Source: a virus
Reading direction: 5' to 3' (one strand)
DNA: 64,000 nucleotides
Virus record (IMG/VR): IMGVR_UViG_3300027708_002747
Location: 1-64,000 of that record
Positions within the stretch are counted from its first letter, which is position 1, and every line of letters starts with the position of its first letter. Shown here one piece after another: positions 1 to 8,728 of this stretch. Below the pieces are notes generated by a model, which saw only the letters and a list, made by a program, of their open reading frames with translations, was not told the origin of the DNA and did no database searches. Position numbers and translations under genes: made by a program.

Positions 1-339
1 TTTGTTTTTATCTTTAACAGTTTCTTTAATTACTTTAAATGCTTCTTCGGTGTATCTATCGTCATCATCGGCAAACATAATAAAATCACCTTCTAATGAG
101 TTAATATTTTCATTAATTAATGGATGCCCGTATTTCCACTTTTGTTCCCCTTGATTTAATATGTGATTAATTTTGAATTTAAACTCATATCTTGATAATA
201 CTTCTGAGACAAATTCGTGATTAATATCAGATATTATTGTAAAAATATCTGTTGGGTCTAATTGGTCTTTGAACGACTCAATCAATCTTGGTAGGGTTTC
301 TCTACCAATAGAAGTACAAACAATATTGAGACTAAACAT
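1..339 (-). CDS. Partial glycosyltransferase, GT2-like (runs off the window; not in the ORF track)
   Basis: Manual translation from ATG at 339: MFSLNIVCTSIGRETLPRLIESF...GDFIMFADDDDRY. GT-A N-terminal pattern and DxD-type motif. Confidence 0.7.
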   Translation of the reverse strand, partial: MFSLNIVCTSIGRETLPRLIESFKDQLDPTDIFTIISDINHEFVSEVLSRYEFKFKINHILNQGEQKWKYGHPLINENINSLEGDFIMFADDDDRYTEEAFKVIKETVKDKNK

Positions 340-1186
340 AACACTTCTCCTTTACATATTTTGTCTCGTCATAAATGTTTAAAATGTCTAAAAACGCCTT
401 TTGTAAATCTAACCAATCACCAAACTCAAATGCGTAACATTCATCTAAATGTCTACCTGTAAGGACTGTAAGAACCTCTTGTTCACTAATAAGTTGATTA
501 TGTGTTTCTAAATAACTTGTAAAAATGTTTAAATATCCGTCTAAAACATGTCTAACTTTTTCTGACGTTCCACCAAATAGACATCCAGGAACAACTTTTA
601 ATTCAACACCAAATAGGTTATTAAATTTTGCAACCGTTTCATAATTCATAACAATTGAGTTACCTTTTAAATGTATAAACCCATGTTGGTTTATCTTATC
701 AACCACCTTATCCAAAAAGTTTTTTGAGTTAATTAACGGAGCCATATAATCTCTCCATCCATCGTGGCATGAAGTTCCAATCAATCCGGCATCAATCCAA
801 AAGATATTATCACAATCGTGTGACTCATCAATTAAGAATTTAAGTTTATTTAATACAACTTCTAAATAATTGTTAACACAATAAATTCTATCGTAATTAA
901 TTCCACCCGACAATTCTTGTGTTCTAATTTTATCAATCAACTCACAAGTGTTAGAAGTATTTAATTCTTTAAATTTGAACTCAACATTTGGAAAATTAAA
1001 TTCATTTTTTAAATTAAATTTATCATATGAATTTTGGTCTGTATAAATTACATATTGATATTCAGGATAAATTATATTTTTAATCGTTGCAACCAATAGT
1101 GGAAAATTTTTATATCTTTCACTGTTAATTCCTTCAACATATTTTAATTCGTAAATTGCTGAGATTACTTTAGTACCATTTGTCAT
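332..1186 (-). CDS. HtrL/YibB-like protein (putative glycosyltransferase)
   Basis: K..FL..., FWIDAG, GCLFGG and SEQ.VL motifs typical of the HtrL/YibB family. Confidence 0.6.
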   Translation of the reverse strand: MTNGTKVISAIYELKYVEGINSERYKNFPLLVATIKNIIYPEYQYVIYTDQNSYDKFNLKNEFNFPNVEFKFKELNTSNTCELIDKIRTQELSGGINYDRIYCVNNYLEVVLNKLKFLIDESHDCDNIFWIDAGLIGTSCHDGWRDYMAPLINSKNFLDKVVDKINQHGFIHLKGNSIVMNYETVAKFNNLFGVELKVVPGCLFGGTSEKVRHVLDGYLNIFTSYLETHNQLISEQEVLTVLTGRHLDECYAFEFGDWLDLQKAFLDILNIYDETKYVKEKCYV

Positions 1187-1880
1187 GTTCGGCGTAAATA
1201 ATGTTTAAAGATTTATTTGAATTATTTCCAAGCTCTATCCCATTATAAAGTGCTGAAAAACACATTTCGTCGATATTACCTGCGGGTATATTTCGTAACC
1301 CGTCATTTTTTTTATGTTCAATACATTTATCCCATGTATCCAAAAATTGAATAAATTTATCTTTTTCAATATCCAAATACTGAATACAATCCTCAGTCAT
1401 AATACCCAATTTTTCCTTGTCAGTTACAAAATCAAAAACATTTTCATAATGTAATAATCGTCTACCTAACTCACTATTAGATTGGATTTGTTCTAAAAAA
1501 TTATAGGTAACAGGCCCTGAAACTGAATTTTCAATAAATGAATTTAATATATTTTCCTCGTTAAATAATGAAGGGTTAACCCTCATATCAGCATCTACCA
1601 ATATAACTTTGGTAAATCCTAACCTAACCGAAGCTCTAACCGCATATCGTTTAACTGAAAAATCAAAATCATAATAGTTTTTTTGATAATCAAGATAATG
1701 TGAGTTAAATTCATTAACATTAAATGTTTTTACAAAATCTTTCTTTGTTATCATCTTCTCATTATCAGTTAAAACAACCAATGAAGGTTGATAAGGTAAT
1801 AATGATATATCATCAATAAATCGGTTTACTTGTCCGTAGTAACGTTCACCGAAACAAAATGTTGCAAATGTAAAACTCAT
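1170..1880 (-). CDS. Putative GT-A fold glycosyltransferase
   Basis: VVLTD, KRYA, ILVDAD (DxD) and DE motifs; lies in a glycosyltransferase operon. Confidence 0.5.
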   Translation of the reverse strand: MSFTFATFCFGERYYGQVNRFIDDISLLPYQPSLVVLTDNEKMITKKDFVKTFNVNEFNSHYLDYQKNYYDFDFSVKRYAVRASVRLGFTKVILVDADMRVNPSLFNEENILNSFIENSVSGPVTYNFLEQIQSNSELGRRLLHYENVFDFVTDKEKLGIMTEDCIQYLDIEKDKFIQFLDTWDKCIEHKKNDGLRNIPAGNIDEMCFSALYNGIELGNNSNKSLNIIYAEHDKWY

Positions 1881-1882
1881 AA

Positions 1883-3127
1883 TTATAAATTTCCTGTTAT
1901 TCTCTCACACCAATCTTTTGACTCCGAATGTGGCCAAACCACCCAATATTTTGGTTTTGAATCTGTTAAGAACTCTCTCCAAACTTTACAATATTTATCA
2001 GGGTCATTCATCATCATTTGAATTTCATTTTTATCAGCATCTTGTCTGTAAATGGTTTCATCTTTTTCATTATGAAACGCAACAACCCAAAAGTCGTAAT
2101 CTTTTTCAGGAACTTGTGTAAAACCAATATCAATACAGTGTTTAAAAACAGATGTAAATGATTTTAACCATTCCTCCTCTGAGTTGAAGTCATATGGATT
2201 GGGTGGATAACCTTTATCTAATGTATATTGTTGAACGGCTCTTTTTGAAAATAAAAGTCCTGAGTACTTTTCATAATCTTTTAAACTTCTAACCTTACCA
2301 AAACCATACTTACCGTGATTCATATTTTCTTCGTCATCCATACTAAATAAAGAACGATTTTTTTTATGAGCAAAATTATTTTTATCTACCCACTGTGAGT
2401 CATCATCCCACTGTTTGACACGTCCCTTTCTTGTGTATTCATGCCAAATCAAAACTTTATGAGGATGAAATAAATCATACCCATGAGTATAAGCTCTTGC
2501 AGCAATTGATATTTCCTCACCATGAAAATAAAACTCAGGGTCGTGTTGAACTTCTTTAGCAAATTTTCCTAATGTAAAACAAAAGTGTGCGGAATAAAAT
2601 CTTGCCGTTACAGGTTCAGTTAAATTCTGCCATCCTGGAATTGTTTCAGGTAAAAAGAAAACAGCCCCTTCGGGAATAAATCTATCAAACGCCATTCTCC
2701 ATGGCTCCTGTGTTCTACTATTTGGGTCATTATCAGGGTCAAAAGATGATACATATCCTGTCAATAATGGTTTCTTATAACCCTTATTCTGTAAGTCCTT
2801 AACCATCTTAATCATCTCAACATCCCAATTGGGGGCAAACCTCATGTGTGAGTCAATTTGAAGGGTATACGATTCTTTGTCGTATACCTGTTGAATTTGA
2901 TTGCGAGCCCAACAAGCACCTTTTGACTCATTGTATGGGATATCTAAAACTCTAAATCTTTCATCACCTGAATATTCAGATAAGTCATCAAACTTATCAT
3001 CAGGGTGATATTGCCGAGCAATACCAAAAACCAAATTGTTTGGTTTTTTAGCATTTTCTAAAGCGGATTTAATTGTTGGAATTAATTGGGGGTCTCTATA
3101 TGACGCGATTTGAATGAAAATTTTCAT
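1883..3127 (-). CDS. GT60-like polypeptide GlcNAc-transferase (Skp1-hydroxyproline GlcNAc-T family)
   Basis: IFIQIASYRD, GACWAR, LQIDSHMRF..WD, FHGEEI and AYTHGYDLFHP motifs. Start taken at the ATG of MKIFIQ. Confidence 0.8.
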   Translation of the reverse strand: MKIFIQIASYRDPQLIPTIKSALENAKKPNNLVFGIARQYHPDDKFDDLSEYSGDERFRVLDIPYNESKGACWARNQIQQVYDKESYTLQIDSHMRFAPNWDVEMIKMVKDLQNKGYKKPLLTGYVSSFDPDNDPNSRTQEPWRMAFDRFIPEGAVFFLPETIPGWQNLTEPVTARFYSAHFCFTLGKFAKEVQHDPEFYFHGEEISIAARAYTHGYDLFHPHKVLIWHEYTRKGRVKQWDDDSQWVDKNNFAHKKNRSLFSMDDEENMNHGKYGFGKVRSLKDYEKYSGLLFSKRAVQQYTLDKGYPPNPYDFNSEEEWLKSFTSVFKHCIDIGFTQVPEKDYDFWVVAFHNEKDETIYRQDADKNEIQMMMNDPDKYCKVWREFLTDSKPKYWVVWPHSESKDWCERITGNL

Positions 3128-3161
3128 AATCAAATCTTAATTGAAAATTAAAAAATATAAA

Positions 3162-3605
3162 TTATTTTTTCTTTATTTTCACGTATTTGTACCACAATCT
3201 TTCGTGGACAAAATAAATAACGGGTTTTAATGTTAACTCACCGATACCTAATAAAGAAGACATTTCTAAAGATACTCCACAAGAAAGAGCAACTAATACA
3301 GTTGTTAACGTTCCGAGTAAACGGTAAGAAATTGTTTTTAAGATATGACGAAGAAGAACTGTTTCTTCTTTTACAGTTGTAACATAAGCAACATTATCTT
3401 TGACAACACAGTGACCTTCACAACTGATGTGCCATTTATATTCACCTAACTCGGGCATCCAATCTTTTGTCGTTGATGTATGACCATCGATAACAATCTC
3501 AGATACCAATATTTCATTACCATTTTCAATTAATCTCCATCTGTCTTCATCGGATGTTGATTTTACATTGAATCTAATTTGAAACTTTTTAATTTTGTCT
3601 TTCAT
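3162..3605 (-). CDS. Small beta-rich domain fused to a DUF2061 membrane domain
   Basis: C-terminal RHILKTISYRLLGTLTT...E...K..IYFVHERLW matches the DUF2061 pattern. Confidence 0.7.
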   Translation of the reverse strand: MKDKIKKFQIRFNVKSTSDEDRWRLIENGNEILVSEIVIDGHTSTTKDWMPELGEYKWHISCEGHCVVKDNVAYVTTVKEETVLLRHILKTISYRLLGTLTTVLVALSCGVSLEMSSLLGIGELTLKPVIYFVHERLWYKYVKIKKK

Positions 3606-4000
3606 AATTTCCCTTGAGCTCTTAATTCTTCTCTAATTTTAGTTGCGGAAATATCATGTATTTCTTGTGGTGGAACTCTTTCGATTATATTGTAACCAAC
3701 ACCTCTACCAAACTCAATAGAACAAATATCAGGAATAATCATAACTTTAACTTTATCTCCCATATCGGAGTAGTGATTTTCGATATTTGTTTTTACTTCT
3801 TCAGCACTATATGGATTTTTTTCGTCAGGTTGAATGTCTCTAATACAAATTAAAACATTTTTACCTTCATCCATTACTTGTTGAAACAACGATTGATGTC
3901 CTTTGTGTAAAGGTTGCCATCTACCTACAAACATAGCATATTGTCCGTCTTTTGCAGGTAGAGATGATTCTACGTGAATTTTTTTATCCCAGTTACTCAT
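3602..4000 (-). CDS. Small HxGH nucleotidyltransferase (cytidylyltransferase-like); candidate minimal ATP sulfurylase
   Basis: GRWQPLHKGH, GRGVGY and ISATKIR motifs; overlaps the APS kinase gene. Confidence 0.7.
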   Translation of the reverse strand: MSNWDKKIHVESSLPAKDGQYAMFVGRWQPLHKGHQSLFQQVMDEGKNVLICIRDIQPDEKNPYSAEEVKTNIENHYSDMGDKVKVMIIPDICSIEFGRGVGYNIIERVPPQEIHDISATKIREELRAQGKL

Positions 4001-4425
4001 TTTCTATTAAAAGGTATTAAATTAAGACATTCGTCTATTGTTTTATTTGTTGTGTCAATATTAATAAAGTTTTCCGTTGGAACTTCATATTCTTTAACAA
4101 AATTTTGCTCTCTACCTCTAATTTCACTTGTATGAACATAAAGTTCACATACTTCATTAGTTTCTTTAAGTGAATCTCTCATACTTTTGTATGGTGCAAC
4201 TACCGAAATAACTACAGTAAATCCTTTATGGTCTAAAAAACGAGCCAAATCTAATACAGATTGGATGTTCTTTACTCTACCCTCAGCGGAGTAATCGAAG
4301 TTTTGAAATAGTTCTCTTAAACCATCTCCGTCAACATTAATACAAGTATCCGAGCACTTCTCAATAAGTGCGTTTGCTAATGTTGTTTTTCCAGCCCCTG
4401 GCTGACCTGTAAACCAATAAATCAT
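3997..4425 (-). CDS. cysC: Adenylylsulfate (APS) kinase
   Basis: WFTGQPGAGKTT P-loop, DGDGLR, R..NI, VVAPY...R, YEVP. Confidence 0.85.
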   Translation of the reverse strand: MIYWFTGQPGAGKTTLANALIEKCSDTCINVDGDGLRELFQNFDYSAEGRVKNIQSVLDLARFLDHKGFTVVISVVAPYKSMRDSLKETNEVCELYVHTSEIRGREQNFVKEYEVPTENFINIDTTNKTIDECLNLIPFNRK

Positions 4426-5246
4426 ATGTTCTTTTGATAATTAAAAATTTCGTAAAACCACTGGTAATTATTATAAATCCAATCACTCACATCTTGTCCT
4501 AAAACTTTATTTGCCGATGATGGAGTAAGTTCCAAGCTCTTTCTAATAGTATGGTCACCAAACATACCATAAATCTCGTCATCTTCTTTGGTAACTTGTT
4601 CAATATTATCAAAATCGTGTTCAAAAAAGGGAATTTCTAAATAATTGTAAATCTTTAACATTGTTGCCTCAGGATACAAACATAAATCTTCATATCTAAT
4701 AAACAACATTTTTTCATTAATTCCTTGTCTAAAAACTTCACCCAATCGTTCAATTGCCATACCCACAGGTTGTGAGTTAGCCCAAACATCAACTCTCTTT
4801 GGTGTTGTTGTCCCTTTAAGTTCCGCATGATTGACGATACCCATATCTTTATACTGACTTTTACGAAAGTTCTTTTCCATAGAACAGAAAATATCACGTA
4901 AATCTCTTACCATACAAATAATTTTTGGTTCAGGGAATACTTCATTTAAAAAACCGTAATGAACTCCCCATCCTCTACTTTTATCAACAACATATTTTTT
5001 ATCTGTAATTGCGGTGAAGAAACCTTCAACACCTTTTTTACAAAAAGATAAGTAACCTTGTTTCATTAGTTCGGTGTCCTGTGCTTTAAATTCAGGTGAT
5101 GACGAATAATTTGCTCTCGCTCCATAGATTAATTCTAATACCCCACTTGTTGGTGTTGCGTAGACATCGGGATTTTGAGCTAAAATGTTTTGTAACATTG
5201 TGCTACCAGCTCTTGGTAGTGAACTTTGAAAGAATAATTTCTCCAT
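4422..5246 (-). CDS. PAPS-dependent sulfotransferase
   Basis: SLPRAGSTML (5'-PSB loop), DKSR, MVRDLRDIFCS (3'-PB motif) and IRYEDL. Confidence 0.85.
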   Translation of the reverse strand: MEKLFFQSSLPRAGSTMLQNILAQNPDVYATPTSGVLELIYGARANYSSSPEFKAQDTELMKQGYLSFCKKGVEGFFTAITDKKYVVDKSRGWGVHYGFLNEVFPEPKIICMVRDLRDIFCSMEKNFRKSQYKDMGIVNHAELKGTTTPKRVDVWANSQPVGMAIERLGEVFRQGINEKMLFIRYEDLCLYPEATMLKIYNYLEIPFFEHDFDNIEQVTKEDDEIYGMFGDHTIRKSLELTPSSANKVLGQDVSDWIYNNYQWFYEIFNYQKNI

Positions 5247-5632
5247 TATATAATTGTTTTAATAAATTTCCAATAGTCGGGACCTCCATATGATGTGCAG
5301 ATTTCCTCGCCGATTTCAATATCACGATTTGACACGAAATAGTAAAGAGCTGAGTTAGAATCGCAAGTCCAAAAAGCATTATTATTTTCACTATGATTGT
5401 AGATACAACCATAACCTAAAGGAATTGCGAAATGTGTTGGATTTTGACCACAGGGATAAGAAAATCTATATTTTAAAAGAACATCATTTAAATCACCCAA
5501 ATCTGTCCTGAAAAAAATTACATAACAGGTTTCAATGATTTCATCTTTATTAATTTTTTCTTTAGCAAAAACACCCAATCCATGAATGTGAGATGCTTTT
5601 ATTTCTATCTTTTGTGGGATAGGTATATTCAT
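5246..5632 (-). CDS. SET-domain protein lysine methyltransferase
   Basis: S.IHGLGVFA, IYNHS, RDIEIGEEICTSYG. Confidence 0.9.
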   Translation of the reverse strand: MNIPIPQKIEIKASHIHGLGVFAKEKINKDEIIETCYVIFFRTDLGDLNDVLLKYRFSYPCGQNPTHFAIPLGYGCIYNHSENNNAFWTCDSNSALYYFVSNRDIEIGEEICTSYGGPDYWKFIKTII

Positions 5633-5633
5633 A

Positions 5634-6503
5634 TTAATCTTCTAAAGATTGTAATACATCCTCAACACTAAAAATTTCTTCTTCTGAGTTATATGGGAAT
5701 TCCATTGGTTCCCCTAAAATGTTAAACTGATTTAAATAAGATAATTTAAGTTCAGGTTTCTTTGTAAATTTGTTGTGAACAATATTTTTGTTAAGTCCAT
5801 AACCAAATACTTTTGGTGAGTTTGCAACCCACAATACTGTTGAGGACATTCCTAATGCTGATGCGGTATGTTGCGCAAAACTGTCCATGAATAATCTTTT
5901 TGAACTCATTGCGATAACTATTGATATCGCTCTAAAACTATCTGTCAACTGAACGGTATCTCTTAATGCCGGTTGGTCATCTCTTCTAATATGGAAGATG
6001 GTGTAAGCATATTTTAATTTATCAACAACTTGTTGTGCGATATTATGAGGAATATCTCTTGCCCAAGAATACTTCATATTTTGTTCAATACCACCATTGG
6101 TTTGAATTACCATAATTGGTTTGTCAGTAGTGTATTTTTTAGAATAAAATTGTTGTTCTCTTTCGGTGATGAAAATGTTTGTTTTTTCACCGTTGTATTC
6201 CAAATCAAACAACTTACACCAAGTTTGGATTACGTGTTCTTCACTTTTAAGATGTTCTGTATCAAGATACGGGTCGTGAGCGAATATTTTAAAGTCACCA
6301 TTTTCAATATAGTCTGAGTAGAAATATTTGTGTTCACCAAAGGCATATGCTCTGTCAACAAATGGGTTGTTTAAGAATACATCAGGATAACCTGATACAA
6401 CGATTAATTTTGATTCTGGGTATTTCTTTTTTAGGATTTCACAGATAGCGGTTCCCATCACACATTTACCAATACCTCCATTTATTTGAAAAATAATATT
6501 CAT
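5634..6503 (-). CDS. GT9-like (heptosyltransferase-type, GT-B) glycosyltransferase
   Basis: GGIGK, F.NNPFVD, MDSFAQHTASALG..STVLW. Confidence 0.65.
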   Translation of the reverse strand: MNIIFQINGGIGKCVMGTAICEILKKKYPESKLIVVSGYPDVFLNNPFVDRAYAFGEHKYFYSDYIENGDFKIFAHDPYLDTEHLKSEEHVIQTWCKLFDLEYNGEKTNIFITEREQQFYSKKYTTDKPIMVIQTNGGIEQNMKYSWARDIPHNIAQQVVDKLKYAYTIFHIRRDDQPALRDTVQLTDSFRAISIVIAMSSKRLFMDSFAQHTASALGMSSTVLWVANSPKVFGYGLNKNIVHNKFTKKPELKLSYLNQFNILGEPMEFPYNSEEEIFSVEDVLQSLED

Positions 6504-6551
6504 AATTAATTTTTTAAAAAAAATAAAATAAAAATATTATAAGTAAATTAA

Positions 6552-8681
6552 TCAGAGTTGAAATAAAAAAGTTTGGTCTAAACCTGAAAAATAAAAATAA
6601 AAATTATTTGAACAACAATTAGTCAATTGTGATGTTGTTGCGGAATATGGGAATGTTCCACCTGATGTTACATGATATCGTGGGTTCATTGAGTCAACAT
6701 AATAATATAAATCAAATGTATATGCCGATAAATTTGTAGATGTAAAAGAAAGAGTTGTACCACTTTGAGTTCCAATAATGTCATCAATAATTACATCACT
6801 ACAATCAGGACATCCGTAATCAAAAAGTAAAAACGGATTTTTTAAGATATCAAAATTGTGTATAACTTCAGGATAACTTAATGGTTCAGTATACATTCTA
6901 AATTGAGAAATCGCCCCGTCAAAAGAACCTCCAAATGTCGGTTCAATTAAAATATTTGTGGTTAATGCCGACAGTGATGTCCCCGATAATGTTTGATTTG
7001 GCATAACCTCAGGGTCTTGGATATAAGTTAAACCTGTTAAAGATGTTGGACATCCTGAAAAAGTTAAACTCTCTCTTAATCCTTGTGTTCCACCACCCCA
7101 AGAAATATTAAAAGGAACCCCTAATTGTTTTTCTTTTTCGGTATTTAACGCTCTTGGAATAACTTCTTCAAACCCATTAATAACATAAAATAATCTTCCG
7201 TTAACATAAATCTTTAAAACACCCAATCTGTCTTCTCTTTCAATTAACCATCTCTCATTAAGATTAACAATTTCCACTTGTTCTGCAGGAGCCGAACCCT
7301 CATGTGTAATTGGTGGTTGAATAAGTAATATACTATTATTTGACAAACTATCAACATACTCGGTATCACTAATCAACCCTAACCCACCTCTGTAATATAA
7401 ATCACAAGTATCATAGTAAGTGTTTCGTTCCCATACACAGTCAATTAAAAACCAATGTTCTTTATTTAAATAAAGAGGGTTATCCGTTGAACAATAATTA
7501 AAAATTGTATTGGATGAACAATATTCTGTAATCGTATACCCTGTTTGATACGTAATACCTGTCGTTGCACAAGTACCCGTTGTTACACAACCTCCAGTAA
7601 AAGTTAAAACTTTAACACAAACTTTTGGATTGGCAGGGTCTCCTGATAATCTTAATGAAAACGAATTAGACATTGAGTCATACAACGGGTCTTTGTCGTT
7701 ATTTGGAACATTTGTTGTTGCATTACATCCACAATCACAAGTTGTATTGTGTTGAGCAGTATAAACTAAAGGTTCATAAACTTCAACACATCTTGAATTA
7801 GTAACACCTGTATTTGAACATGCACACGTTTGTAAACAACCTTCTAAAACACTTGTAACTCTTGTGTATCCACTATCAGAGTCAGGTGAACCTGAGGCGT
7901 GATGATAAAACTTATTTTCAGCTCTTGACCCAAAGTAAAAAAAAGTATTTTCATTTTTAGGATATGTTAAGTTTAATGTTGTTTGAGCAGATGTTGGTAT
8001 GTATTGGTCTTTCTGTCTTGCTCTTAATAACATTTCAACAGTCCAACCTTCGTTTGTTCTATTTGGAAATGTTTCATAGTCATAACCAAATAACTTAAAA
8101 AATCCCTGATAAAACCCGCCATATAGTTGATTATATACACCAATAGTATTACCTGTTTTTGTTACAATATTATAAACCGTTTCTTTTGTATTTCCTGAAA
8201 ATCTTTCATTAGGTGGATTGGTATATCCTGTAATATTAATTAATTTTTGTCTTCTATCGTAATAATACCTATTCCATTTACTACTACCTGTAAACAAACC
8301 CATAGTATAATTAATTGTCTCACCAGTCATTTGTGGTACCAAACCGTTATCTACGCCTGTTAAACCAATATCACATAACGTTGAAGCGGTTAAACAATTT
8401 AAATCTTGATTGAGTGGATTATAATAATTTAATGAAACTAAAGTATTACCTGATAAAAAATTACCATAGTTAATTGATAGTCTTTGTGATGATAAAGGAT
8501 TATTTAAATCAAAATAAATAGGTAATCTATCACCATCATTATAACCAATAAGATTTGTTGAAAATACAACCTCTTCGTTATAATCCCTTTCGTCAGACGC
8601 AAGAGAAATATCAAAAATCTTACGAACAGGTTTAATGTACCACTTATTAAAATTATATTGATTTATATTCTGTTGTGCCAT
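6552..8681 (-). CDS. Putative virion structural protein; Cys- and Thr/Gly-rich, with LamG/concanavalin-like elements
   Basis: WTVEM, LKIYVNG and FDGAISQFRMY motifs; many [ST]G-x-T motifs; TATTTAT upstream. Confidence 0.5.
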   Translation of the reverse strand: MAQQNINQYNFNKWYIKPVRKIFDISLASDERDYNEEVVFSTNLIGYNDGDRLPIYFDLNNPLSSQRLSINYGNFLSGNTLVSLNYYNPLNQDLNCLTASTLCDIGLTGVDNGLVPQMTGETINYTMGLFTGSSKWNRYYYDRRQKLINITGYTNPPNERFSGNTKETVYNIVTKTGNTIGVYNQLYGGFYQGFFKLFGYDYETFPNRTNEGWTVEMLLRARQKDQYIPTSAQTTLNLTYPKNENTFFYFGSRAENKFYHHASGSPDSDSGYTRVTSVLEGCLQTCACSNTGVTNSRCVEVYEPLVYTAQHNTTCDCGCNATTNVPNNDKDPLYDSMSNSFSLRLSGDPANPKVCVKVLTFTGGCVTTGTCATTGITYQTGYTITEYCSSNTIFNYCSTDNPLYLNKEHWFLIDCVWERNTYYDTCDLYYRGGLGLISDTEYVDSLSNNSILLIQPPITHEGSAPAEQVEIVNLNERWLIEREDRLGVLKIYVNGRLFYVINGFEEVIPRALNTEKEKQLGVPFNISWGGGTQGLRESLTFSGCPTSLTGLTYIQDPEVMPNQTLSGTSLSALTTNILIEPTFGGSFDGAISQFRMYTEPLSYPEVIHNFDILKNPFLLFDYGCPDCSDVIIDDIIGTQSGTTLSFTSTNLSAYTFDLYYYVDSMNPRYHVTSGGTFPYSATTSQLTNCCSNNFYFYFSGLDQTFLFQL

Positions 8682-8688
8682 TCTATTG

Positions 8689-8714
8689 ATAAATAGTTAA
8701 ATCAAAGTATTTAT
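8689..8714. promoter_or_regulatory. Back-to-back TATTTAT motifs (putative late promoters) serving two divergent genes
   Basis: ATAAATA at 8689-8695 precedes the minus gene; TATTTAT at 8708-8714 precedes the plus gene. Confidence 0.55.
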
Positions 8715-8728
8715 ATGTAAAATACCAA

